Shown piece by piece: positions 26,779-35,275 of a DNA stretch of 64,000 nucleotides. The position numbers were made by a program, and so were the translations under genes. The notes beneath the pieces were generated by a model. The model was given only the letters and a program-made list of their open reading frames with translations. It made no database searches and was not told the origin of the DNA. Positions within the stretch are counted from its first letter, which is position 1. The number at the start of each line of letters is the position of its first letter. Source of the DNA: Parcubacteria group bacterium Gr01-1014_8 (GTDB taxonomy: Bacteria > Patescibacteriota > Minisyncoccia > Phycocordibacterales > UBA2100); contig VMGC01000005.1 in the NCBI GenBank assembly GCA_007376385.1, positions 64,001 to 128,000 on the forward strand, in the 5' to 3' direction.

Positions 26779-27591
26779 ATGTCCTTTGTGATATTCGATT
26801 TGGGCGGTACCAACTTGCGCATAGGTGTCTCGCGCGATGGCAGCAAAGTAGACGACATGAAGTCTGTGCCGACGCCGCCGAAATTTGAAGACGGCGTTAA
26901 TACTATTGATAGCGTCGGCAAAGAGTTGCTTGGAGGAAATACGGCGACCGCTGTTGCAGGCGGTATCGGATGGTCACTTGATCAGAGCCGCTCCTCAATT
27001 TTCAATTCAACGAAGAAAAATCTTATGGATTGGAGCGGAAAGCCGCTTAGAGATGAGCTTGCAGCCAGGTTCAAAGCGCCGGCAACTCTCTATAATGACG
27101 TTGCCCTTGTCGGTCTTGGGGAAGCACACAGCGGGGCAGGGAAGGGTTCATCTATTCTTGCGTACGTTACAGTTTCGACTGGAGTCAACGGCGTTCGCAT
27201 CGTAGATGGGAAAATAGACAGAGCGACATACGGGTTTGAAACAGGAAAGCAGATAATTTCTGCAGGAAAATTAGAAGATCTCGTATCAGGTACTGCGGTG
27301 ACAAAAAAATTTGGCATCCACCCGAAGGACCTGGATTCGCTCGATGAGAGAAATAAACTCGGCGACTTGCTTGCAGAAGGCTTATTCAACACCATTCTGC
27401 ACTGGTCGCCGGATACGATCGTTCTCGGAGGTTCGATGATAATTGGCAAGAATCCGATTCCGATCCCGCGGGTGATGGAGTCTCTGGCGAGAATCCAAAC
27501 AATTTATCCGACAACGCCGCGCATCGTCATGGCGGCGCTTGGTGACAATGGCGGACTGGAAGGCGCCCGCGTTCTCGCAACAATGAGGTAA
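26779..27591 (+). CDS. ROK/glucokinase-like sugar kinase
   Basis: N-terminal FDLGGTNLRIGV ATPase motif and ..AGGIGW.. of ROK/glucokinase-type kinases. Start placed at the internal Met. Confidence 0.65.
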   Translation: MSFVIFDLGGTNLRIGVSRDGSKVDDMKSVPTPPKFEDGVNTIDSVGKELLGGNTATAVAGGIGWSLDQSRSSIFNSTKKNLMDWSGKPLRDELAARFKAPATLYNDVALVGLGEAHSGAGKGSSILAYVTVSTGVNGVRIVDGKIDRATYGFETGKQIISAGKLEDLVSGTAVTKKFGIHPKDLDSLDERNKLGDLLAEGLFNTILHWSPDTIVLGGSMIIGKNPIPIPRVMESLARIQTIYPTTPRIVMAALGDNGGLEGARVLATMR

Positions 27592-27674
27592 ACCCCGTGA
27601 GATAGGACATAGTCCATCGCTCACACGACGTCGTTATGCTACCAACATTGGATGCTTAGCGGGGGTCAGATTGC

Positions 27675-27693
27675 ATATCTCATGGGGTAAACT
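27675..27693 (+). promoter_or_regulatory. Putative leaderless promoter (ATATCTCATGGGGTAAACT) of 33-aa membrane peptide
   Basis: Motif plus TAAACT, 7 nt before the ATG at 27701. An inverted partner CCCCGTGAGATAGG lies at 27594-27607. Confidence 0.4.
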
Positions 27694-27700
27694 GATAGAG

Positions 27701-27802
27701 ATGCTACGCATGAAAAAAGCGTATCTCTATATCGGAGCGTTGTTATTTCTCGCGGGTGCCACCGCGCAGTTTGTTCACGCACAGTATGGTGCTCTCGAAT
27801 AA
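27701..27802 (+). CDS. Small hydrophobic peptide (33 aa, MLRMKKAYLYIGALLFLAGATAQFVHAQYGALE)
   Basis: Below the ORF-track size cutoff. One TM helix, and the promoter-like motif directly precedes it. Confidence 0.3.
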   Translation: MLRMKKAYLYIGALLFLAGATAQFVHAQYGALE

Positions 27803-27847
27803 TGGGCGTACAATGAAGATACGTTATCCATAAGACCATTCGTGCGT

Positions 27848-28006
27848 ATGGCGGAAATAGCATATTGCGTAAAGTGCAAGCAAAAGAGGGAGATGAAGGA
27901 TGCGAAGGAGGTATCGTTTGCCGGGAAAGGAGGCAATCAACGCCGAGCGATGCAAGGCATATGTCCGGTGTGCGGAACAAAGATGTTTAAGATACTGGGG
28001 AAATAA
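27848..28006 (+). CDS. Small zinc-ribbon protein (52 aa, CxxC...CxxC)
   Basis: MAEIAYCVKCKQKREMKDAKEVSFAGKGGNQRRAMQGICPVCGTKMFKILGK. Two CxxC pairs. It ends 8 nt before a strong rho-independent terminator. Confidence 0.45.
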   Translation: MAEIAYCVKCKQKREMKDAKEVSFAGKGGNQRRAMQGICPVCGTKMFKILGK

Positions 28007-28013
28007 AGGTTCC

Positions 28014-28048
28014 TCAAAAAAATCGCCCCACGTGGGGGCGGTTTTTTG
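28014..28048. terminator. Bidirectional rho-independent terminator
   Basis: A-run, CGCCCCACGTGGGGGCG hairpin, T-run. It serves the convergent small genes on either side. Confidence 0.7.
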
Positions 28049-28062
28049 TCATTCAGTCCTTC

Positions 28063-28266
28063 TCACGCGGCGACTGTTCTTTCTTCTATCATCTGGTGAT
28101 AGTCCGCCACAGGAATAAGCGGTTCACCAGGATGTTTTTTCTCCATGTGCATTTGAATTCCGGTTGTGAACATCATGCCTTTTAGCATCGCGATAGCGCC
28201 GTCGCGATTTGTTGCGTCAACGGTCATGATCTCACCGCAGTCGCACTTCATGTTAAATATCGCCAT
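28063..28266 (-). CDS. Small DUF1059-like protein (67 aa)
   Basis: MAIFNMKCDCGEIMTVDATNRDGAIAMLKGMMFTTGIQMHMEKKHPGE.. The N-terminal CxC and His-rich C-terminus are typical of DUF1059 small metal-binding proteins. Confidence 0.45.
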   Translation of the reverse strand: MAIFNMKCDCGEIMTVDATNRDGAIAMLKGMMFTTGIQMHMEKKHPGEPLIPVADYHQMIEERTVAA

Positions 28267-28365
28267 ATATGTCTTGTTAGCGAGTAGTGGATGTAACTCT
28301 ACCCTTAGCTTTATTGCGGTGCAACAACCAGAATTTCATAACAAACAGATCTTGGGGGGCAGATT

Positions 28366-28484
28366 CACCACACGGGTACTTCCATTTCACTAACATCGGG
28401 GTACCGATGAAGTGAAATTGGTCGCACCACACGGGTACTTCCATTTCACTAACATCGGGGTACCGATGAAGTGAAATTGGTCGC
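28366..28484 (+). repeat. Tandem direct repeat (2 x 59 nt) of a nested-hairpin element in the glnA leader
   Basis: The unit CACCACACGGGTACTTCCATTTCACTAACATCGGGGTACCGATGAAGTGAAATTGGTCG is repeated head-to-tail. Each unit folds as CATTTCACT..(CATCGG-GGTA-CCGATG)..AGTGAAAT. It lies ~95 nt upstream of glnA. Confidence 0.6.
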
Positions 28485-28577
28485 AGCACGTATGCACCGC
28501 TTTGTCTATCTAGACGAGTTCACGCTCTGTTCTATAGTTCCTACTATAAATTATCAATACATTATACTAATTCCGGC

Positions 28578-30017
28578 ATGAATAATACTAAGAACTCCCT
28601 CAAGGATTTTCTTGAGATCCCGTACCAGAAGCTTGAACAGATGAATGTGAAAGCAAAGGAGCGAGCGGAGAAAGCGACAGATAAAGAATTGGAAAAAGAA
28701 TATACGGCATGGCTAAAAAGGGAAAAAGGCATCAAAGCAGTAACGCTTTGTTTCTCCGACATCGAAGGCAGGCTTCACATGCTGGACTATGACAAAAAGT
28801 TCCTCTTGGATTCTCTCTCGAACCTGACGTTCGACGGCTCGTCGATCCGCGGATTTACTCCCCAGCATGAGTCCGACTTGCGGCTTGAAGTAGATTGGTC
28901 AAGCATACGCTACTTTCCCTCAGACGTGTTCGGACCCGGTAAAGTCATCTTCTTTGCGTCAGTCTTGAACAGAGATAGGACACCCTACTTCTCTGACTTC
29001 AGGGGCCGATTGAAAGCATACACAGCCTCCCTCAAGAAAAAGGATGGGCTCACCGCATATGCTGCTCCCGAGATCGAAGGATTTCTCGTAGATGAAACAA
29101 ACAGCGAACAAAATTACCGTATTCACGGCGGCTTTAAATTGGTATCGACTGGAGGCTACTTTCACTCACTGCCGATGGACCCCCTGCGTGTTTTTATAGA
29201 CAACGCTGCGGAAGCGCAAAGAGCAATGGGCTTTAAGAATGAGAAAGACCACCCCGAAGTCGCACCCTCACAGTTTGAAATGAACTTCTCCTACGCGGAA
29301 GTCGTGCGCGCGGCAGACAACATCCAGCTCTACAAACTCGTCTGTAGGCAAGTGGCGCGCAACATGGGACTCACTGCTTCGTTCTTGCCCAAACCCTTTA
29401 CCGGCATCAATGGCTCCGGTATGCACACGAACTTTTCGCTTGCAAAAAATGGAAGGAACATCTTCTACGACCCGAAGGGCCAGGACGGTCTTTCCAAGAT
29501 CGCGTGGGACATGATAGCGCGCCTCCTCAATCACGCGCCGGAAATATGCCTCATCCTGAACTCCTCGGTGAACAGCTATCGCCGGCTTGACCCGCACTTC
29601 GAGGCGCCGAACCAGATCAAAGTCTCGCCTATTGATCGCGGTTCGATGATACGTATCCCGATAGGAAACGAGAGAACCGCACGCATCGAGCTTAGGTCCG
29701 TCGCGCCGGATGCGAACCCGTACCTCGTCTTGTTCACGATGTTGAAGGTGGGGCTGGAAGGAAAAAAGCTCGAAAGGGACGCAAACAAACGCGACCGCAT
29801 CCGTTTTCTTCCCGACAATGCCTACGACGCGATTTCCCTCTTCAAGGCGAGTAAATTCCTGACAGAGGCGCTCGGCGAGGAAAGCAAGGACAAATTCGCC
29901 GCTTACAAACAAAACGCCGCTGACCGTTCTCCGAAAGCTCTCGGCGCAATTATCAAGGATTCGGAAATAATTTATCACCACGAGGTAACCAACCAATATC
30001 TATGGAACAACTTTTAG
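28578..30017 (+). CDS. glnA: Glutamine synthetase (type I-like)
   Basis: GS catalytic motifs KPF.GINGSGMHTNFSL, NSYRRL and PDANPY, at ~479 aa. Confidence 0.85.
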   Translation: MNNTKNSLKDFLEIPYQKLEQMNVKAKERAEKATDKELEKEYTAWLKREKGIKAVTLCFSDIEGRLHMLDYDKKFLLDSLSNLTFDGSSIRGFTPQHESDLRLEVDWSSIRYFPSDVFGPGKVIFFASVLNRDRTPYFSDFRGRLKAYTASLKKKDGLTAYAAPEIEGFLVDETNSEQNYRIHGGFKLVSTGGYFHSLPMDPLRVFIDNAAEAQRAMGFKNEKDHPEVAPSQFEMNFSYAEVVRAADNIQLYKLVCRQVARNMGLTASFLPKPFTGINGSGMHTNFSLAKNGRNIFYDPKGQDGLSKIAWDMIARLLNHAPEICLILNSSVNSYRRLDPHFEAPNQIKVSPIDRGSMIRIPIGNERTARIELRSVAPDANPYLVLFTMLKVGLEGKKLERDANKRDRIRFLPDNAYDAISLFKASKFLTEALGEESKDKFAAYKQNAADRSPKALGAIIKDSEIIYHHEVTNQYLWNNF

Positions 30018-31360
30018 CACTGAAAAACAAAATGGGTTTGCTGCAGAACGCCTTTCTTCTCTTCCTCGTCGGGTGCGCAGTCGGATACATCGCCATGTCG
30101 TTCGCGGGTGCTTCGGCGGGCGCGTTCGACCCAGCATCGATAGATACCGGCGACACGGCGTGGATGCTCGCATCAAGCGCGCTTGTGATGATAATGACGC
30201 CAGCGCTCGGTTTCTTTTACGGCGGCATGGTGTCGTCCAAGAATGTCGTCTCGGTCATCAAACAAACAGTCGTTATTCTTGCCCTGGTCAGCGTTCAGTG
30301 GGTGGTCATCGGCTACACGCTGGCATTCGGAACAGACGTGAGCGGCCTCATAGGAGGCCTGAACTATTTGGGATTACGCGACGTGGGGTTTGCGCCGAAC
30401 GTCGACTATGCGGCAACGATCCCGCATCTTGTGTTCATGATCTTCCAGGCGATGTTTGCCATCATCACGCCAGCTCTTATCATCGGGGCGTTCGTGGGCC
30501 GAATGCGATTCAGTACGCTCATCGTGTTTACTTTGTTATGGGTGACGCTCGTGTATGACCCGATCGCGCACTGGGTGTGGGGGGTCGGCGGTTGGATACG
30601 CACTATAGGCGCGCTGGATTTTGCGGGAGGCACGGTCGTTCACATGAGCGCTGGCTTTTCCGCGCTCGCGGCCGCAATTCTTGTTGGAAAGCGTCTGGAG
30701 CAGACAAACGGCGAGAGCGCCAACAACGTGCCGTTCGTTATTCTTGGCGCGGTCTTACTGTGGTTCGGCTGGTTCGGATTTAATGCGGGTTCTGCACTCG
30801 CGTCGTCCGCTCTCGCCGCAAGCGCATTCGTTGTCACCAACACTGCGGCTGCGGCTGCCGCTCTCACATGGGTTGCGCTTTCGTGGATAGAGAAAAAGAA
30901 GCCCTCGGCCATGGCTGCCGCAATCGGTGCAGTCTGCGGCCTTGTCGCGATAACGCCAGCGTCCGGCTACGTCGGTCCCATTGCGTCCATATCTATCGGC
31001 ATCATTGCCGGCGTCATCACCTATGTCGCGGTTTATATTCGGAGCAGGAAAATGAAAATAGATGACACGCTCGATGTGTGGGCAGCTCACGGAGTCGGAG
31101 GTCTCGCAGGCGCGGTCCTGACCGGATTCTTTGCCGAAAAAGCGATCAACGCAGCGGGGAATAATGGTGCGCTCTTCGGGAATCCGGAGCAATTGGCAAT
31201 TCAGTTGATCGCCGTTCTTGCGGTGGGCCTCTACGCTTTTGTGGTGACATACATTCTTCTGAAGCTCATTTCTTTCGTGATGCCGCTGCGCGTCACGTCC
31301 GCAGACGAGCACGAAGGCCTCGATAAGTCATCGCACGGCGAGGAGGGGTACCGCTTCTAA
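30002..31360 (+). CDS. amt: Ammonium transporter
   Basis: Amt/MEP family: 11 TM helices and the ..DFAGG.VVH..AG.. signature. Overlaps the glnA end by 16 nt. Confidence 0.9.
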   Translation: MEQLLALKNKMGLLQNAFLLFLVGCAVGYIAMSFAGASAGAFDPASIDTGDTAWMLASSALVMIMTPALGFFYGGMVSSKNVVSVIKQTVVILALVSVQWVVIGYTLAFGTDVSGLIGGLNYLGLRDVGFAPNVDYAATIPHLVFMIFQAMFAIITPALIIGAFVGRMRFSTLIVFTLLWVTLVYDPIAHWVWGVGGWIRTIGALDFAGGTVVHMSAGFSALAAAILVGKRLEQTNGESANNVPFVILGAVLLWFGWFGFNAGSALASSALAASAFVVTNTAAAAAALTWVALSWIEKKKPSAMAAAIGAVCGLVAITPASGYVGPIASISIGIIAGVITYVAVYIRSRKMKIDDTLDVWAAHGVGGLAGAVLTGFFAEKAINAAGNNGALFGNPEQLAIQLIAVLAVGLYAFVVTYILLKLISFVMPLRVTSADEHEGLDKSSHGEEGYRF

Positions 31361-31391
31361 GATCGTGAGAGCACTTTGCAATGAACACAAA

Positions 31392-31422
31392 CAGCCCCGA
31401 CATTTTGTCGGGGCTGTTTTTG
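31392..31422 (+). terminator. Rho-independent terminator of amt
   Basis: CAGCCCCGACATTTTGTCGGGGCTG followed by TTTTT. Confidence 0.7.
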
Positions 31423-31424
31423 CC

Positions 31425-32045
31425 CTATAAACCTCCGGCGTTAGCCGGAGTGTACGTTTGAAGGCGAAGCCGTATGCTAAAGCCGTCCGGCAGGACGGCT
31501 TTAGCAATAACCATACGCATGTCATCACACAAACGTACAATACGCACATTATCACACTGCTTTTACGACCTGAAATACCATCTGGTATGGACACCAAAGT
31601 ACCGAGGAAAGGTACTGACAGCACAGAAGGTGAAAGATGAGTTGCGGAGAATCTTCGAGACAATCTGCAAGTGGAAACACTGGGAAGTCATCGAACTGAA
31701 CATTCAAGACGATCACGTACACTTCTGCATCCTCACGACACCGAGAGACTCCATCTCATATACCATGCAAATACTGAAGGGGAAGTCGTCTGCTTGGCTC
31801 AAGAAGAAGATCAAACGGGCACACGGTCTGTACGAAAAAGAATCTCTGTGGGCGAGGGGTTACTTTGTCTCTACGATCGGCATCGACGAGCACCTCATAC
31901 GTCGGTACATCAAGCATCAACACCATCACAATCAAACAGACCAACCAAGTCTGTTTGACAAGCTGCTCTCTTAACAACCGCGGCCGCCCTGCCGGCGTAG
32001 CCGGCAAATACAAAGCCACCGGACCCCAGTCCGGTGGTCGTTTAC
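31425..32045 (+). mobile_element. IS200/IS605-family insertion sequence (tnpA only)
   Basis: Sub-terminal hairpins upstream (CTCCGGC-GTTA-GCCGGAG 31433-31450; GCTAAAGCCGTCC-GGCA-GGACGGCTTTAGC 31476-31505) and downstream (GCCGGC-GTA-GCCGGC 31991-32005; CACCGGAC-CCCA-GTCCGGTG 32017-32036) of a Y1 HUH transposase gene. Confidence 0.7.
31519..31974 (+). CDS. tnpA: IS200-like Y1 (HUH) transposase TnpA
   Basis: HUH motif DDHVHFCI, plus ..YDLKYHLVWTPKYR.. and the catalytic Tyr region (..ISYTMQILKGKSS..). Start placed at the internal Met. Confidence 0.85.
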   Translation: MSSHKRTIRTLSHCFYDLKYHLVWTPKYRGKVLTAQKVKDELRRIFETICKWKHWEVIELNIQDDHVHFCILTTPRDSISYTMQILKGKSSAWLKKKIKRAHGLYEKESLWARGYFVSTIGIDEHLIRRYIKHQHHHNQTDQPSLFDKLLS

Positions 32046-32368
32046 TAAAAAGAAAATAATCGGCGCTACTTCATATTCTGTATCACACTCATCGCCGTGT
32101 CGTGTCGCATTTTTGCGACAGTCGTGAGCGTCTGGTACAGCCTGTCTGCTGAAGCTCCTGAATGAGACGGCGTGTCGCATCGCGAAGAAGCACCAGCAAC
32201 CGGCGCGACCGAGAGAACACTGATAAATATCATACCGGCAATTAATTTGTTCATACGGCAACTGTACACCCGCCGCTTGGGCGAATACGCGTGTGCAAGC
32301 TTGTACGACACGTATATGTGCGGGCGTCAAATCGTGTTTAGAGCAGGTTGGCGGGTTATACTGCTGCC

Positions 32369-33415
32369 ATGTCGGACCACACGATGGGTGTGTACTTCCT
32401 CCTCCTTGTTCTCGCCGGGGCGCTCGTTCTTACCTTCTTTATATTCCAGCCATTCCTCGCTGCGCTCGTTCTCGCGGCGGTTTTTGCCGTTATTTTGCAG
32501 CCAGCCTATCGCCGCATCCACAGCGAGATGCCGCGTTGGCCATCTTCTGCCGCATTTCTCACCGTTCTACTCACCGTCGTGTGTATTCTCGTGCCGCTTG
32601 GATTTGTCGGGACGCAGATAGGGTATGAAGCCGCAAGTTTGTACACCTCGCTCGTCGAGGGCGATGGAAAGGCGCAAATCGCGCATTCCATCCGTGCCCT
32701 CGAAGATATTGTGGGGGTGTACATACCTGGCGCAGACGATTTTTCAGACAGGCTCTCGGAAAATATTTCATCATACGCCAAAATGGGTCTGACCTGGCTC
32801 CTTCAGCATCTAGGCTCGGCGTTCTCTGGCGTTGCGTCTATCTTTTTAAGTCTGTTCATTTTCTTCGTCACGCTCTACTATTTGCTCCGTGATGGTCTCA
32901 AGCTGAAGCAGGCGCTCATCGAATATAGTCCGCTTCGCGATTCGTACGATGAGTCGGTATTTAACAAACTAGAACTTGCAGTAAATTCCGTCATCAAAGG
33001 AAACTTGATGATTGCGCTCATTCAGGGCGTGCTCTCGGCCATCGGTTTTTCCATTTTCGGCGTACCGAATCCTGTCTTGTGGGGAACCGTGACCGCACTT
33101 GCAGCCTTGATCCCTGCAGTGGGAACCGGGCTCGTCTTTCTGCCGATAGTTTTATTTCTTTTTCTCACAGGCAATATGTTTGGTGGCATCGGACTTTCGA
33201 TCTGGGGCGCGCTTGCAGTCGGGCTCATTGATAACCTCCTCGGGCCGCGTCTCATCGGGAGCGGCATGAAGCTGCATCCGCTTCTCGTTCTCTTGTCTGT
33301 CCTCGGCGGCGTCACGTTCTTCGGTGCGCTTGGCATTTTCCTAGGACCCTTGTCGCTCAGCCTTCTTTTTGCTCTCCTTAGCATTTATCGAGATATTGCG
33401 AAGCAAGCCGTGTGA
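32369..33415 (+). CDS. AI-2E family transporter (PerM/YhhT-like, UPF0118)
   Basis: Eight TM helices with the AI-2E family topology. The first ATG sits 6 nt behind TTATACT, a leaderless arrangement. The annotated ORF begins at a TTG at 32348. Confidence 0.75.
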   Translation: MSDHTMGVYFLLLVLAGALVLTFFIFQPFLAALVLAAVFAVILQPAYRRIHSEMPRWPSSAAFLTVLLTVVCILVPLGFVGTQIGYEAASLYTSLVEGDGKAQIAHSIRALEDIVGVYIPGADDFSDRLSENISSYAKMGLTWLLQHLGSAFSGVASIFLSLFIFFVTLYYLLRDGLKLKQALIEYSPLRDSYDESVFNKLELAVNSVIKGNLMIALIQGVLSAIGFSIFGVPNPVLWGTVTALAALIPAVGTGLVFLPIVLFLFLTGNMFGGIGLSIWGALAVGLIDNLLGPRLIGSGMKLHPLLVLLSVLGGVTFFGALGIFLGPLSLSLLFALLSIYRDIAKQAV

Positions 33416-33427
33416 TAGGCTGACACA

Positions 33428-34471
33428 ATGCTTGTTGATGATGTCACCATAAAACTCTCTGGGGGCAACGGCGGTCCGGGCATCGTCGGCTTCAATCGCA
33501 CTAAAGGAAACACGGGTCCGACAGGCGGTAACGGGGGCCCTGGCGGCGATGTCATTCTTGAAGGCATTTCGGATATCAGCGCGCTTCTTCAATTCAGATT
33601 TAACAAAGATTTCAAAGGCGAAGATGGCAAGCAAGGCACAACGCGTCTGCGCGACGGCACGCGCGGTGAGGATTTGATATTGAAAATTCCGACGGGAACG
33701 GTCATCACGAATCTCGACACAGGCTGGACGCATGAACTGACGAAGGAGGGCGAGCACGTTATGGTCGCAAAAGGCGGCTATCGCGGCCGTGGAAATTTCC
33801 ACTTCCGCGCATCGACGAATACGACGCCGATGGAAGCCGAGACGGGCGAACTCGGAGAGAGTTTTACATTCCGCCTTGAACTCAAGATGATCGCCGACGT
33901 GGGTCTTATCGGTATTCCGAACGCAGGCAAATCGTCGCTTCTCAACGAACTGACCGGCGCGCACTCGAAGATAGGGAATTACGCGTTCACGACACTCGAG
34001 CCGCACCTCGGCGCATACTACGGGCTCATTCTTGCAGACGTGCCGGGTCTTATCGAAGGTTCGTCGGAAGGCAGGGGCTTGGGAGACAGATTCTTGCGCC
34101 ACATCGAACGCACGCGCGTCCTCTTTCATTTAGTGTCTGCGGAATCAGACGATGTCGTACGCGATTACAAAATAGTGCGGCAGGAATTGCAGGCCTATAA
34201 TCCTGCGCTCACAAAAAAAGAGGAGTATGTGTTTTTGACGAAGGTTGACCTCGTGGATGGTAAGGACGCGGAAGCAAAATTGAGGTTATTGAAGAAGATG
34301 AACAAGAATGCGCTCGCGCTCTCGGTCATCGAAGATAAGCGGATGAGGGCGGTGAAAGACATTCTCAACACGTTCCTAAAAGAAAAGAAGGTGGCTCCCC
34401 CTGGGACCACACTTGGATTTTCTGAAGCGGGAGTACCCGCTAAGAAAATCTCGGCGGTCGATGACAAATGA
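33428..34471 (+). CDS. obg: GTPase Obg/CgtA
   Basis: Gly-rich Obg fold (GGNGGPG..) followed by a G-domain (GIPNAGKSSLLN, DVPGLIEG). The last ~18 codons are supplied by a copy of repeat family 2. Confidence 0.9.
   Translation: MLVDDVTIKLSGGNGGPGIVGFNRTKGNTGPTGGNGGPGGDVILEGISDISALLQFRFNKDFKGEDGKQGTTRLRDGTRGEDLILKIPTGTVITNLDTGWTHELTKEGEHVMVAKGGYRGRGNFHFRASTNTTPMEAETGELGESFTFRLELKMIADVGLIGIPNAGKSSLLNELTGAHSKIGNYAFTTLEPHLGAYYGLILADVPGLIEGSSEGRGLGDRFLRHIERTRVLFHLVSAESDDVVRDYKIVRQELQAYNPALTKKEEYVFLTKVDLVDGKDAEAKLRLLKKMNKNALALSVIEDKRMRAVKDILNTFLKEKKVAPPGTTLGFSEAGVPAKKISAVDDK
34405..34460 (+). repeat. Hairpin repeat family 2, copy 1 (inside obg 3' end)
   Basis: GACCACACTTGGATTTTCTGAAGCGGGAGTACCCGCTAAGAAAATCTCGGCG. 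Homologous to 52449-52517 (same orientation) and 52936-52999 (inverse). Confidence 0.6.
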
Positions 34472-35159
34472 ACCGACAGTGATTTTTGAGAACGACGATT
34501 TTCTCGTCATCAATAAACCGGCCGGGCTCATCGTGCACTCGGACGGAAGGACGATAGAGCCGTCGCTCGCCGACTGGCTCATCGCGCGCTCCCCCGCGCT
34601 ACAAGAGGTCGGCGAGCCATGGGTGTCGCCGCAAGGAGAAAAAATTGCGTGCCCTGGTCTTGTGCATCGTTTGGATAGAACAACATCGGGTGTGATGGTT
34701 GTGGCGAAAACACAGGCGATGTGGAAATACCTGCGCGCAGAATTTAAAGAGCGGCGTGTCGAAAAGAAATATCACGCATTTGTCTACAGTCATGTGGAGG
34801 GGAGTTCTGGTCGGATTGTTTCTGAAATCATGAGGTCGTCTACGCCTCCTAAAAAATGGTATGCACGGCCATGCGACGAAAGCCACAAGCGAGCAGCCAT
34901 AACGGATTGGACGCTTTTGAAAAAGCTCGAAGATAACGGCGAGCTCATTTCGTATCTCGAAGTTCAGCCTCGTACCGGCCGCACGCATCAGATACGCGTG
35001 CATCTTGCATCTATCGGGTATCCTATAGTCGCGGACCATCTGTACTCCGACAAGAAGCCACTTTTAGGATTCACGCGCCCGGCGCTTCATGCACACAGTA
35101 TTTCATTCATGCTGCCGTCAGTAGAAAACCGGGAATTTATTTGCGAGCGTTGCGAGTGA
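34461..35159 (+). CDS. RluA-family pseudouridine synthase
   Basis: Catalytic motif HRLDRTTSGVMVVAK and ..FLVINKPAGL... Overlaps the obg stop by 11 nt. Confidence 0.85.
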   Translation: MTNEPTVIFENDDFLVINKPAGLIVHSDGRTIEPSLADWLIARSPALQEVGEPWVSPQGEKIACPGLVHRLDRTTSGVMVVAKTQAMWKYLRAEFKERRVEKKYHAFVYSHVEGSSGRIVSEIMRSSTPPKKWYARPCDESHKRAAITDWTLLKKLEDNGELISYLEVQPRTGRTHQIRVHLASIGYPIVADHLYSDKKPLLGFTRPALHAHSISFMLPSVENREFICERCE

Positions 35160-35254
35160 AATGCAAAAGAGCACTTTTGTATTTCCGAGTCGAGGAGCAA
35201 ACACAGGTTCAATACCTCGGAGCTTGCTCCGAAGAACCTTTATAGCGCCACCAC
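35134..35254 (+). repeat. Intergenic structured repeat, family 1, copy 2
   Basis: ~95% identical to 6886-7003. It supplies the last codons (FICERCE*) of the RluA-like gene. The substitutions relative to copy 1 keep the GCAAAAG hairpin intact via a G-U wobble. Confidence 0.6.
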
Positions 35255-35275
35255 CGAAGGATTTTCGCTGATGTT

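Noticed and set aside
28366-28484. Possible CRISPR array
   Set aside because: There are only two repeat units, directly abutting with no spacer, and no cas genes nearby. It was treated as a tandem regulatory hairpin element instead.
32066-32311. 81-aa minus-strand ORF with possible signal peptide downstream of the IS200 element
   Set aside because: No promoter or RBS context could be identified, and the frame overlaps the promoter region of the AI-2E gene. It is possibly real but unsupported.
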